A model generated the notes under the pieces. The model ran no database searches, was not told where the DNA came from, and was given only the letters and a program-made list of their open reading frames with translations. A program made the translations under genes and the position numbers. Below, one piece after another: positions 43,222 through 52,857 of a stretch of 56,172 nt of DNA; positions within the stretch are counted from its first letter, which is position 1, and the number at the start of each line of letters is the position of its first letter. Source of the stretch: Bacilli bacterium (lineage in GTDB: Bacteria > Bacillota_I > Bacilli_A > RF39 > UBA660); NCBI GenBank assembly GCA_017938725.1, contig JAGBAW010000001.1:1-56172 (forward strand), read 5' to 3'.

Positions 43222-43695
43222 ATGGAAAAAGTTAGAGGATTTGAAATAGCAAAGGGATGGGAAGATAAGAATATAAATTTACCTGTTCGTAAAACTTCTA
43301 AAAGTGCAGGTTATGATGTCGAGGCAGCGGAAGATGTAACTATTCCAGTTTTTGAAAAGGGATGTAAACCAACACTAATACATACAGGTTTAAAAGCATA
43401 TTGCCAAGATGATGAATGGTATATGCTTGCTAATCGTTCAAGTAATCCAGGAAAAAAGAAATTAGTACTTGCAAATGGTCTTGGAATAATAGATGCAGAT
43501 TATTATTGTAATCCTGATAATGATGGAGAGTTTATGTTTGCATATTATAATATAGGAACAGAACCTTTAGAAATTAAAAAAGGTGATGTAATTGGTCAAG
43601 TAGTATTTCAAAAGTTTTTAGTAGTAGATAATGATAATGCAAGTGGAGAAAGAACTGGTGGTTTTGGTTCAACATCAAAAGAAAAGGGTGAATAA
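43222..43695 (+). CDS. dut: dUTPase (trimeric type)
   Basis: SAGYD, NRSS, GIIDADY, IGQ and RTGGFGST motifs. Confidence 0.95.
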   Translation: MEKVRGFEIAKGWEDKNINLPVRKTSKSAGYDVEAAEDVTIPVFEKGCKPTLIHTGLKAYCQDDEWYMLANRSSNPGKKKLVLANGLGIIDADYYCNPDNDGEFMFAYYNIGTEPLEIKKGDVIGQVVFQKFLVVDNDNASGERTGGFGSTSKEKGE

Positions 43696-43697
43696 AA

Positions 43698-45269
43698 TTG
43701 AAAGAGACATTTTATATAACAACACCAATATACTATCCAAGTGGAAGATTTCATATTGGAACAGCATATTGTACAGTTTTAACAGATTCAATAAAGAGAT
43801 ATAAAGAATTAAAAGGTTATGACTGTTTTATGTTAACTGGTCTTGATGAACATGGTCAAAAAATACAGACAGTCGCAGAAAAGAACGGAATAACTCCAAA
43901 AGAACATGTTGATAATATGGCTAAACAAGCAAAAGAATTATGGAATTTAATGGATATAAAATATGATAAATTTATAAGAACAACAGATGATTATCATATT
44001 GAGGCCGTAGAAAAAATAGTACAAAAATTTATAGATAATGGAGATATTTATAAAGGGGTATATGAAGATTGGTATTGTATGCCTTGTGAAAATTATTTTA
44101 CCGATACTCAGCTTATAGATGGAAAATGTCCTGATTGTGGTAGAGAAGTAAAAAAAATGAAGGAAGAATCTTATTTTTTTAACATGAAAAAATATCAAGA
44201 TTGGTTAGTTAAATTTTATGAAGAAAATCCTAATTTTATAGAACCAGAATCAAGAAAAAATGAAATATTTAATAATTTTATTAATCCAGGCCTTGAAGAT
44301 TTATGTATAAGTAGATCATCATTTGATTGGGGAATAAAAATGCCAAATGATCCTAAGCATGTTTTATACGTATGGCTTGATGCATTAACAAATTATATAA
44401 CAGCCTTAGGATATATGAGTGATGATGATTCATTATTTAAAAAATACTGGCCAGCAGATCTACATGTTGTTGGAAAAGAAATTATAAGATTCCATGGTAT
44501 TTATTGGCCAATATTCTTACATGCATTAGGATTAGAACTTCCTAAAAAAATATATGCCCATAGCTGGATAGTAATGAAAGATGGAAAAATGAGTAAATCA
44601 GTAGGAAATGTAATATATCCTGAAACGTTAATAGAAAGATATGGTCTAGATGCTACAAAATATTATCTTTTAAGACTTATGAGTTTTGATAAGGATTCAA
44701 TGTTTACTCCAGAAGACTTTGTAGAAAGATATAATTCAGATTTGGCAAATGATTTAGGAAATTTACTTAATAGAACTATTGGTATGATGAATAAATACTT
44801 TGATGGTATTATTCCAACTAATATTACAATAAATACAGATTTCGATGAGCAATTAGAAGTTTTTATAAAAGAAAAAATAAATTCATTTGAAAGGAATATG
44901 GATACATATCATGTAAGTAATGCACTAATTGATTTATGGTCTATAATTTCAAGAACTAATAAATATATTGATGAAACATCTCCCTGGATACTTGTAAAAG
45001 AGGATACAGAAAAATTAAAATCTGTAATGTTTCATTTAGCAGAAACACTTAGAAAAATAGCAATATTATTGAAACCATTTATGTATAACACATCAATAAG
45101 TATCTTGAATCAGTTAAATATTGATGAAGAAGGTACATGGGAATCCCTATTATCTAGTAATATTATTAACGAAAATACAAAGGTGATAGAAAAAGGTGAA
45201 CCTTTATTTGTAAGATTAGATAAAGATGAAGAAATTGAATATATAAAAAATAAAATGAAAAATAATTAA
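43698..45269 (+). CDS. metG: Methionine--tRNA ligase (short form, no C-terminal Trbp domain)
   Basis: YITTPIYYP, HIG, YVWLDAL and KMSKS motifs. Confidence 0.97.
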   Translation: MKETFYITTPIYYPSGRFHIGTAYCTVLTDSIKRYKELKGYDCFMLTGLDEHGQKIQTVAEKNGITPKEHVDNMAKQAKELWNLMDIKYDKFIRTTDDYHIEAVEKIVQKFIDNGDIYKGVYEDWYCMPCENYFTDTQLIDGKCPDCGREVKKMKEESYFFNMKKYQDWLVKFYEENPNFIEPESRKNEIFNNFINPGLEDLCISRSSFDWGIKMPNDPKHVLYVWLDALTNYITALGYMSDDDSLFKKYWPADLHVVGKEIIRFHGIYWPIFLHALGLELPKKIYAHSWIVMKDGKMSKSVGNVIYPETLIERYGLDATKYYLLRLMSFDKDSMFTPEDFVERYNSDLANDLGNLLNRTIGMMNKYFDGIIPTNITINTDFDEQLEVFIKEKINSFERNMDTYHVSNALIDLWSIISRTNKYIDETSPWILVKEDTEKLKSVMFHLAETLRKIAILLKPFMYNTSISILNQLNIDEEGTWESLLSSNIINENTKVIEKGEPLFVRLDKDEEIEYIKNKMKNN

Positions 45270-45320
45270 TTTTAAAAGATTATATCAATTATGGTATAAT
45301 CTTTTTAGGTTGGTGATTTT

Positions 45321-46070
45321 ATGATTATTGATACACACTCTCATATGTACGAAAGTGAGTATGAAAATGCAGAAAAAGTAATACAGAAGTGTAAAGATAA
45401 TGATATTAAAATAATACTTAATGGAATAGATAAAAAAAGTAATTTAGAAGTATTAGAACTATCTAAAAAATATGATAATGTATACGCTGCGATAGGATAT
45501 GATCATTCAGTTGTAGATGAAATAACTGAAGAAGATATAGGTTTACTTGAAGAGCAAATAAAAGACAATAAAGTAACTGCCATTGGGGAAATAGGACTTG
45601 ATTATTATTGGATAAAAGATAATAAAGAAAAGCAAAAAACTTTATTTAGAAAGATGTTAAATCTTGCTGAAAAATATAATTTACCAATAATAGTTCATAG
45701 TAGAGATGCAGTACAAGATGTATATGATATAGTAAAAGAATATAATGTAATAGGAAGTATTCATTGTTATTCTGGAAGTAAAGAAATGGCTAGAGAATTT
45801 ATAAAAATAGGCTTTTATATAGGAATAGATGGCCCAATAACTTATAAAAACAATAAAAAACAAAGAGAAATGATTAAAGAAATAGATATTAATCATATTC
45901 TTGTTGAAACAGATTCACCATATTTAGCGCCTGAAGGAAAAAGAGGAGAAAAGAATACACCTTTAAATATAATTTATATAATTGATGAAATAGCACAAGA
46001 ATTAAATATGAGTGAAGAAAAAATAATAGAAATTACTACTAACAATGCAAAAGAATTATTTAATATATAG
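45321..46070 (+). CDS. tatD: TatD family nuclease
   Basis: DTHSH, GEIGLDY, VHSRDA, HCY and ETDSPY motifs. Confidence 0.96.
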   Translation: MIIDTHSHMYESEYENAEKVIQKCKDNDIKIILNGIDKKSNLEVLELSKKYDNVYAAIGYDHSVVDEITEEDIGLLEEQIKDNKVTAIGEIGLDYYWIKDNKEKQKTLFRKMLNLAEKYNLPIIVHSRDAVQDVYDIVKEYNVIGSIHCYSGSKEMAREFIKIGFYIGIDGPITYKNNKKQREMIKEIDINHILVETDSPYLAPEGKRGEKNTPLNIIYIIDEIAQELNMSEEKIIEITTNNAKELFNI

Positions 46071-46078
46071 GAGATAAT

Positions 46079-46885
46079 ATGAAAGATTTAATAGAAAAAT
46101 ATGATTTCAAATTCAAAAAGAAGTTTGGACAGAACTTTTTGAAAGATAAGAATATACTTCAAAATATAGTATTAAAAAGTGAAGTTGATAAGGAAACCTT
46201 AGTTATTGAAATAGGAGTGGGTGCGGCAGCTTTAACTAAATATTTAAGTGATTCTGCAAAAAATGTACTTGCTTATGAAATAGATGAAACTCTAAAACCA
46301 ATAATAAATGAATCATTAATTGATAAAGACAATGTTGAAGTATTATATATAGACTTTTTAAATAGTACTGTTAAGGAAGATATAAAAAAATATAATTACT
46401 CAAAACTTTATGTAGTTGCTAATTTACCATATTATATAACTACACCAATTATTGAAAAAATAATAAATGACAAATTAAATGTAGACAAAATAGTAGTTAT
46501 GGTTCAAAAAGAGGTTGGTGATAGATTTAGTGCTAAAGTAGGAAGTAAGCAATACAATTCTTTAACTATTTTCTTAAATTATTATTTTGATATTAAAAAG
46601 ATAATGGATGTATCAAGAAACTGTTTTGTACCAGCACCTAATGTAGATAGTGTGATAGTTGAAATGAAGAAAAAAGAGAAAAAATATAATGTTCAAAACG
46701 AGGAATTATTCTTTAAATTAGTAAGAGATTCTTTTAGATATAAAAGGAAGAACTTAAGAAATAACCTAAAAAATTATAATTTAGATATAATAAGTCAAGT
46801 ACTTTCTAACTATAATTTAGATTTAAATGTAAGAGCAGAAAATTTAACAATAGATCAATTTATAGAAATATCTAATAAACTTTAG
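46079..46885 (+). CDS. rsmA: 16S rRNA dimethyladenosine transferase KsgA
   Basis: KKFGQNFL, EIG.G, ANLPYYIT and MVQKEV motifs. Confidence 0.98.
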   Translation: MKDLIEKYDFKFKKKFGQNFLKDKNILQNIVLKSEVDKETLVIEIGVGAAALTKYLSDSAKNVLAYEIDETLKPIINESLIDKDNVEVLYIDFLNSTVKEDIKKYNYSKLYVVANLPYYITTPIIEKIINDKLNVDKIVVMVQKEVGDRFSAKVGSKQYNSLTIFLNYYFDIKKIMDVSRNCFVPAPNVDSVIVEMKKKEKKYNVQNEELFFKLVRDSFRYKRKNLRNNLKNYNLDIISQVLSNYNLDLNVRAENLTIDQFIEISNKL

Positions 46886-46940
46886 TGAAGTTATGTAACT
46901 TCATCTTTTTATTTTGCATAAACTATAGTGTGGTGATGAT

Positions 46941-47723
46941 ATGATTAATGTTGGGGATATTGTATCAAGAAATAAATACAATAATGATATGTATTTTAAA
47001 GTAGTTAAAATAGAAAATAATATATACTATTTAACGGGTATAGATATAAGATTATGTGCAGATAGCGAACTATCTGATTTGAAAAAGGAAGATATCGTAG
47101 TAGAGGATAATAATGAAGATGATCAAAGATATTTACAAAGCATAAGTGATAATGATTTAGAGGAAAGGGACGATTTTTTTTATATACCAGGGAAGATACT
47201 TCATATTGATGGGGATAATGAGTATTTAAAACGATGTTTAAAATTCTATAAAAGCGCAGGACTTCAAGCGTATGGTGTTTATGAAAAGGAAGAAAATTTA
47301 TATAAAAATATAACAAAATATCTCGATGATATAAAACCTGATATTGTAATAATTACAGGTCATGATGCATATTATAAACAGAAAGGTGAGGATTCAAGAA
47401 CATACAAAAATAGCGATAATTTTGCAAAAGCAATAAGAGTTGCAAGAAATTATGAAAAATCATATGACAAATTAAAAATAATCGCAGGTGCATGTCAATC
47501 TAATTATGAGGAATTAATTAATGCAGGAGCAAATTTTGCATCAAGTCCAAAAAGGGTAAATATACATGCATTAGATCCTGCTATTATTGCAATTTCAATA
47601 TCAAAAACTGAAAATACTAGGGAATTAAATATAATTGAACTATTAAATAAAACCAAATGTGGAAAAGAAGGAATTGGTGGAATAAAATCTTATGGTAGTA
47701 TGTATGTTGGTTATCCAAGATAG
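46941..47723 (+). CDS. yabG: Sporulation protease YabG
   Basis: PGKILHIDGD, ITGHD, AGACQS and NFASSPKRVNIHALDP motifs. Confidence 0.96.
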   Translation: MINVGDIVSRNKYNNDMYFKVVKIENNIYYLTGIDIRLCADSELSDLKKEDIVVEDNNEDDQRYLQSISDNDLEERDDFFYIPGKILHIDGDNEYLKRCLKFYKSAGLQAYGVYEKEENLYKNITKYLDDIKPDIVIITGHDAYYKQKGEDSRTYKNSDNFAKAIRVARNYEKSYDKLKIIAGACQSNYEELINAGANFASSPKRVNIHALDPAIIAISISKTENTRELNIIELLNKTKCGKEGIGGIKSYGSMYVGYPR

Positions 47724-47731
47724 GTATAACA

Positions 47732-47941
47732 ATGTATAATAATATAAAAAATCAACTTATGGAAATAAAGGGTAAAAACGTAACTGCTATAATAGATGAA
47801 GGAAGAAGTAGAAAGCGAATAGAACAGGGAGTAATAAAGGATGTATACGATAGAATTTTTACAATAGAAATAAATGGTGTAATTACGTCTTTTAGTTATT
47901 CAGATTTAATTTGTAAAACAATTGTACTACAAAAAGTATAA
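47732..47941 (+). CDS. veg: Veg family protein
   Basis: GRSR...G.I..VY..IF...SFSYSDL; follows yabG. Confidence 0.9.
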   Translation: MYNNIKNQLMEIKGKNVTAIIDEGRSRKRIEQGVIKDVYDRIFTIEINGVITSFSYSDLICKTIVLQKV

Positions 47942-48100
47942 TTGTTTTTAGTATCTCAAAGACTTATATATAATAAAAAATGTAAAGATTATATAAATTC
48001 AATAATTAGAAAATTGTAGATTGTATTTAAAAAGTATTGATAATTTTTATTTTATAATATATAATTATTGTAACGTATGCTGGAAGGAGATAATATTTTT

Positions 48101-48358
48101 ATGAAAGTTACATCAGTAAAAGTTAAAAAAATTGAAAAGGAAAACTCAAGAATGAAGGGAATAGCTTCTATTTTATTAGATGATATGATTGCAATTCATG
48201 ATATTAGAATTATATCAGGTGATAATGGACTATTTGTTGCAATGCCTAGTAGAAAAACAGCAACAGGTGATTATAGAGATATAGTTCATCCTATTTCTCA
48301 AGATGCAAGAGATGTAATTGAAAGTGCAATCATAGAAGAATATAATAATCAAGAATAA
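48101..48358 (+). CDS. spoVG: Septation regulator SpoVG
   Basis: IHDIRII, GLFVAMPSRK and RDIVHPI motifs. Confidence 0.97.
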   Translation: MKVTSVKVKKIEKENSRMKGIASILLDDMIAIHDIRIISGDNGLFVAMPSRKTATGDYRDIVHPISQDARDVIESAIIEEYNNQE

Positions 48359-48427
48359 CTCTTTATAAGAGTTTTTTTGTTCTAAATATAAGTTTTGTTC
48401 ATATTATTCTAATATAAGGAGGATAAT

Positions 48428-48715
48428 ATGGAAATGGTAAAAGACGTTAGTACTAATTTGAATCATTCTTTTTCAGTATCAGAGAGAAAAAATATAATAA
48501 TATCAGGTGTTGTAAAAATTGATAGTTTTGATAATGAAGAATTTTTACTTGAAACAGTACAAGGATATATGAATATTAAAGGAGAAAATTTAGAAGTAGT
48601 AAAACTTGATACTTACCAAGGAAATGTAACAATAAAGGGAAGAATAGATGCATTAAGTTATATAGATGAGAATGCAAAAAAAGAATCCTCTGTTTTTACG
48701 AAGTTGTTTAAATGA
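48428..48715 (+). CDS. yabP: Sporulation protein YabP
   Basis: ISGV..IDSFDNEEFLLET..G...IKGENL. Confidence 0.95.
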   Translation: MEMVKDVSTNLNHSFSVSERKNIIISGVVKIDSFDNEEFLLETVQGYMNIKGENLEVVKLDTYQGNVTIKGRIDALSYIDENAKKESSVFTKLFK

Positions 48716-48996
48716 CATTAATAATTCAAATTAAATCACTTGCTTTTTCTTTTTTATACGGAATATTTTTTGCATTTACATATAAAATAAATTATAAATA
48801 TTTAATGATTAATAATACATTATTTAAAATTATAATTAGCTTTTTCTTTATCCTTGATCATATATTATTATATTTTGTACTTTTATCTATTATAAATAAT
48901 GGAATATTACATTTATATTTTTTATTATCGTTTATAATAGGTAATATATTTTATGTATATTTATTTGACAATAAAAAAATTAATAAAATTGACTAA
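48712..48996 (+). CDS. yabQ: Spore cortex protein YabQ (short, membrane domain only)
   Basis: MTL..Q start, hydrophobic, NNG.L..Y motif; ATGA overlap with yabP. Confidence 0.82.
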   Translation: MTLIIQIKSLAFSFLYGIFFAFTYKINYKYLMINNTLFKIIISFFFILDHILLYFVLLSIINNGILHLYFLLSFIIGNIFYVYLFDNKKINKID

Positions 48997-49038
48997 TAAA
49001 AATTGTAGTGGTATACTCAAAATATAAGGTGGGATCTA

Positions 49039-49323
49039 ATGAAGCATAAACAAATCAAGAAAAAAATAGTTTTAGTAACATTAGTATTTCTAGTTGTAGG
49101 AGTAATATTATTAAAAAGTATAGTTCAAACTTCAATACAAATATATGATAAACAAAAGGAAAAAAAAGAGTTTACGGCAATGCTTGAAGAATTAAAAGAG
49201 AAAGAAGAACAATTAAATAACACTGTAACAAAACTTCAAGATCCAGATTATGTAGCAAGATATGCTAGAGAAAAATATCTGTATTCAAAAGATGGTGAAA
49301 TAATTATAAGAATACCTGATTAG
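49039..49323 (+). CDS. divIC: Cell division protein DivIC/FtsB
   Basis: TM plus coiled coil plus L.DPDYVARYAREKYLYSKDGE. Confidence 0.9.
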   Translation: MKHKQIKKKIVLVTLVFLVVGVILLKSIVQTSIQIYDKQKEKKEFTAMLEELKEKEEQLNNTVTKLQDPDYVARYAREKYLYSKDGEIIIRIPD

Positions 49324-49426
49324 TAATATGAATTTTATTCCTATGTTAAGGAAATAAGGTTCAGTTCATAATGGTATTTTTTTTGTTTTTATGATATAAT
49401 TCTTTTTAAGAAATTGAGAGGTTTAT

Positions 49427-49630
49427 ATGAAAAAAGATAAAATTGAGATACATGATACGACTCCTATTGTGAAAACAGATACTTTTGTTAATGATGATTA
49501 TAGGGGTGCAGTTTTGACTAATTTAGGATGTTATGTAAAATCAAAAAATGCATAAATATTAAGAAGAAGAGCTAGAAAAATATTAGATAGTAAAAAAGAA
49601 AAAACTAAAATATATAAACCATATGAATGA
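49427..49630 (+). pseudogene. Small hypothetical gene with an internal in-frame TAA
   Basis: TGATATAAT -10 and GAGAGG RBS; 42 codons, TAA at 49553-49555, then 24 further open codons to TGA. Confidence 0.45.
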
Positions 49631-49704
49631 TCTATATAAATAAATATAATCATTTATTTGTTGTAATTTTTTTTAATTATGTTATTATATAGTCGGTGAA
49701 AGAA

Positions 49705-50085
49705 ATGAAAATAAACCAAATAAATTCTTTAGTTTTAGCATATTTAGGTGATAGTGTATATGAACTTTTAATTAGGGACTACTTTATAAAACAAAACGTT
49801 AATAAAGTAAATAATCTACAAAACAGGGTAGTAAAATATGTATCTGCGAAAGCACAAAGTAAATACATAAATTATCTAATAGACAATAATATCTTAACTA
49901 ATGAAGAGTTAGACATAGTTAAAAGAGGAAGAAATTCAAAAGTGTATTCACATCCAAAAAATGTTGATGTTTTAACATATAAATGGGCAACTGCTTTGGA
50001 GAGCTTATTTGGTTATCTATATATAAAGAAAGAAGATAGTAGAATAGAAGAATTAATAAATATAATATTGGAAGTGGAAATATGA
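49705..50085 (+). CDS. mrnC: Mini-ribonuclease III
   Basis: LAYLGDSVYEL, VSAKAQ, KRGRN and ATALESLFGYLY motifs. Confidence 0.96.
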   Translation: MKINQINSLVLAYLGDSVYELLIRDYFIKQNVNKVNNLQNRVVKYVSAKAQSKYINYLIDNNILTNEELDIVKRGRNSKVYSHPKNVDVLTYKWATALESLFGYLYIKKEDSRIEELINIILEVEI

Positions 50086-50771
50086 TAGTATTTGGTAAAA
50101 ATGTTGCAGAAGAGGTAATAAATAGTAAAATTAAAATTAATAGTGTTTTTATTGCAAAAAACTTTAGTGATAGGGGAATTTTAAATTTTTTAGAGAAAAA
50201 TAATATTAGAACACAAATAATTGATAAAAATATTATGGATAAAAAATACAAAGGAAATCATCAAGGAATTGTACTTGATATAGAGGATTATAAATATCAT
50301 AAACTTGATGAGGTGTACTCTAGTAATTTTGTAGTAATATTAGATCATTTAGAGGATCCACATAATTTTGGAGCTATCATAAGAACATGTGAGGCTGCAG
50401 GTGTAGATTATATCATAATTCCTAAAAATAGAAGTGTTGAAGTTAATTCTACTGTTATGAAAGTTAGTGCTGGAGCACTTAATAATATGAAGATAGTGGA
50501 AGTAAGTAGTTTAGCAGCAGCAATAGATAAGCTAAAGAATAATGGTTTCTGGGTTTATGGAACAGATATGGATGGCGATGAGTATACAAAGGTAGAATAT
50601 GACTCAAAAACGGCTTTAGTAATAGGTAATGAAGGTAATGGAATAAGCAAACTAGTTAGCGATAAATGTGATTTTATTATTAGCATTCCGATGACGGGAA
50701 AGATTAATAGTTTAAATGCATCAGTAGCAGCAGGCATTACAATTTATGAGGTAGTAAGACAAAGAAGGTAG
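50082..50771 (+). CDS. rlmB: 23S rRNA Gm2251 methyltransferase
   Basis: NHQG, DPHNFGAIIRT, GNEG.G and SLNASVA SPOUT motifs. Confidence 0.95.
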   Translation: MIVFGKNVAEEVINSKIKINSVFIAKNFSDRGILNFLEKNNIRTQIIDKNIMDKKYKGNHQGIVLDIEDYKYHKLDEVYSSNFVVILDHLEDPHNFGAIIRTCEAAGVDYIIIPKNRSVEVNSTVMKVSAGALNNMKIVEVSSLAAAIDKLKNNGFWVYGTDMDGDEYTKVEYDSKTALVIGNEGNGISKLVSDKCDFIISIPMTGKINSLNASVAAGITIYEVVRQRR

Positions 50772-50780
50772 GTATTAATC

Positions 50781-51395
50781 ATGTATAGTAATGAAAATGA
50801 TTATGAATTATTATATTTAGTTGCTGAGGAAAATGAAGCTGCTAAAGATATTTTTTATGAAAAGTATAGGCCCTTAGTGGAAATGAAAGCTGCTAAATAT
50901 TTTAATTATGTAAAAAATAAAGGTTATGAGTTAAATGATTTGCTGCAAGAGGGGATGATAGGTCTTAGCCAGGCAATAAAGGATTTCAAAGAACAAAAGA
51001 ATGTTAAATTTGTAACTTTTGCAAGTGTATGTATAGAAAGACAAATATTGACTTTTATAAGAGATGTTAATAGGCAAAAGCATAAACTTCTTAATAATTC
51101 TTTATCCATAGATTCAACAGAAGATAGTTTTGGTAGGCCACTAATGGAGGTTTTATTTGATGTTAAAAATTTAAACCCAGAAGATTCTTTTATTAACATT
51201 GAGGAACAAGAAGAATTGAAACGTAAAATTAAACATATGTTAACGGATAAGGAATATGAGGTATTTGAACTTAGATTACAGGGCTTTTCCTACCAAGAAA
51301 TTTCATGTTTACTTGAAATAACTGTTAAGTCTGTAGATGGTGCGATGAGAAGAATTAAAAGCAAGATAAGTAATATACAAAAAGGGATTGACTAA
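50781..51395 (+). CDS. sigH: RNA polymerase sigma-H-like factor
   Basis: DLLQEGMIGL, FA..CI.RQI...RQKHK.LN.S.S and SYQEI...KSVD motifs; canonical position before secE-nusG. Confidence 0.9.
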   Translation: MYSNENDYELLYLVAEENEAAKDIFYEKYRPLVEMKAAKYFNYVKNKGYELNDLLQEGMIGLSQAIKDFKEQKNVKFVTFASVCIERQILTFIRDVNRQKHKLLNNSLSIDSTEDSFGRPLMEVLFDVKNLNPEDSFINIEEQEELKRKIKHMLTDKEYEVFELRLQGFSYQEISCLLEITVKSVDGAMRRIKSKISNIQKGID

Positions 51396-51467
51396 ATTAC
51401 ACTAATGTGTTATTCTTTTAGTAGATGCACATAAGTGTTTTTTATTTTGGACTTAAGGAAGGTATAT

Positions 51468-51680
51468 ATGAGTAAATTAAAAAAATTTATATCTGATATG
51501 AAAAAAGAACTTGATAGAATCAGATGGTGTAAAGGGAATGAATTAATTAAAAATGCGGTTGTAACAGTAGTTTTTATAATATTTTTTGCTCTATTTTTTG
51601 TAGCAATTGAATATATTATATCGTTAGTAAATAAGATAGATTTTAGTAATATTGTAGAAAGAATAAATGATTTATTTTAG
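51468..51680 (+). CDS. secE: Preprotein translocase subunit SecE
   Basis: EL.RIRW motif plus single TM; upstream of nusG. Confidence 0.9.
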   Translation: MSKLKKFISDMKKELDRIRWCKGNELIKNAVVTVVFIIFFALFFVAIEYIISLVNKIDFSNIVERINDLF

Positions 51681-51688
51681 AGGTGTGA

Positions 51689-52231
51689 ATGATGGAAGAA
51701 AAGCAATGGTACGTAGTTAATACATATTCAGGACATGAAACAAAAGTAAAAGAAAAATTAGATATGAGAATACAATCAATGGGTATGGAGAATTATATAT
51801 TTAGAGTAATTGTTCCAGAAACAACTGAGATTGAAATAAAAGATGGAAAACAAAAAGAAAAAGTTAAGAAAATGTTCCCAGGTTATGTATTAGTTGAAAT
51901 GATAATGACTGATGAAGCATGGTTTGTTGTTAGAAACACTCCAGGAGTAACTGGATTTTTAGGTTCATCAGGTAAAGGTGCAAAACCTTTCCCATTATAT
52001 CCACATGAAATAGAGAAAATATTAAATACAATGGGTATGTCTATCAAAGAGGTAATTGTTGACTTAAATGAAGGAGACAGAGTAAAAATAACAGATGGTC
52101 CGTTTAAATTAATGGCAGGTAAAGTTATTGAAATAGATACAGAAAAAAATAAAGCAAAAGTAAATATAGATTTATTTGGACAAGAAACTACTGTGGAAGT
52201 AGATTTAACACAAATAGAACATGATAACTAA
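51689..52231 (+). CDS. nusG: Transcription factor NusG
   Basis: WYVVNTYSG.E, FPGYVLV, VRNTPGVTGF and KOW motif. Confidence 0.98.
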   Translation: MMEEKQWYVVNTYSGHETKVKEKLDMRIQSMGMENYIFRVIVPETTEIEIKDGKQKEKVKKMFPGYVLVEMIMTDEAWFVVRNTPGVTGFLGSSGKGAKPFPLYPHEIEKILNTMGMSIKEVIVDLNEGDRVKITDGPFKLMAGKVIEIDTEKNKAKVNIDLFGQETTVEVDLTQIEHDN

Positions 52232-52301
52232 TCACTTGATTTTTATTAGAAAAAGTGATAATATGATATGCAGCTATGTATTTTATTATATATAGATTTA
52301 A

Positions 52302-52333
52302 GTTGGGAGGCAAATAAGTGTCGTTTGACCACT
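52302..52333 (+). promoter_or_regulatory. L1-binding RNA leader upstream of rplK
   Basis: GTTGGGAG-GCA...TGTC-GTTTGACCAC, the GGGAG...ACCAC L1-site pattern. Confidence 0.65.
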
Positions 52334-52362
52334 CACGAAAAAAATAATAGGAGGTGTTTTTC

Positions 52363-52788
52363 GTGGCAAAAGAAATAATCAATAAAATCAAACTTCAGAT
52401 TCCAGCTGGAAAAGCAACAGCAGCCCCACCAGTTGGTACAGCATTAGGACCTGCAGGTATACCATTGCCAGATTTTATTAACAGATTTAATGAAGCAACT
52501 AAAGATAAAATGGGTGATGTATTACCAGTTGAGGTTTATGTTTACGATGATAGATCATTTGATTTTAAAGTAAAAACTCCACCAGCAGCATTCTTAATTA
52601 AGAAAGCAGCGGGAGTAAAAACTGCATCAAGTAAAGGCTCAAAAGAAATCGCAGGATCTATTACAAAAACACAATTACGTGAAATCGCAGAAACTAAATT
52701 ACCAGATTTAAATGCTTATACAATAGATGAAGCAATGAAAATTATTGAAGGTACTGCACGTAATATGGGTATTGAAATTAAAGAGTAG
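52363..52788 (+). CDS. rplK: 50S ribosomal protein L11
   Basis: KLQIPAGKA..APPVG.ALG and GTARNMG motifs. Confidence 0.98.
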   Translation: MAKEIINKIKLQIPAGKATAAPPVGTALGPAGIPLPDFINRFNEATKDKMGDVLPVEVYVYDDRSFDFKVKTPPAAFLIKKAAGVKTASSKGSKEIAGSITKTQLREIAETKLPDLNAYTIDEAMKIIEGTARNMGIEIKE

Positions 52789-52815
52789 GAGTTTAATCAT
52801 ATAGGTTTTACCTAT

Positions 52816-52841
52816 GTGGGAGGATAATCCGCTAAAACCAC
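52816..52841 (+). promoter_or_regulatory. L1-binding RNA leader upstream of rplA
   Basis: GTGGGAGGATAATCCGCTAAAACCAC next to the rplA RBS. Confidence 0.7.
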
Positions 52842-52857
52842 AAAGGAGGAAAATAAA

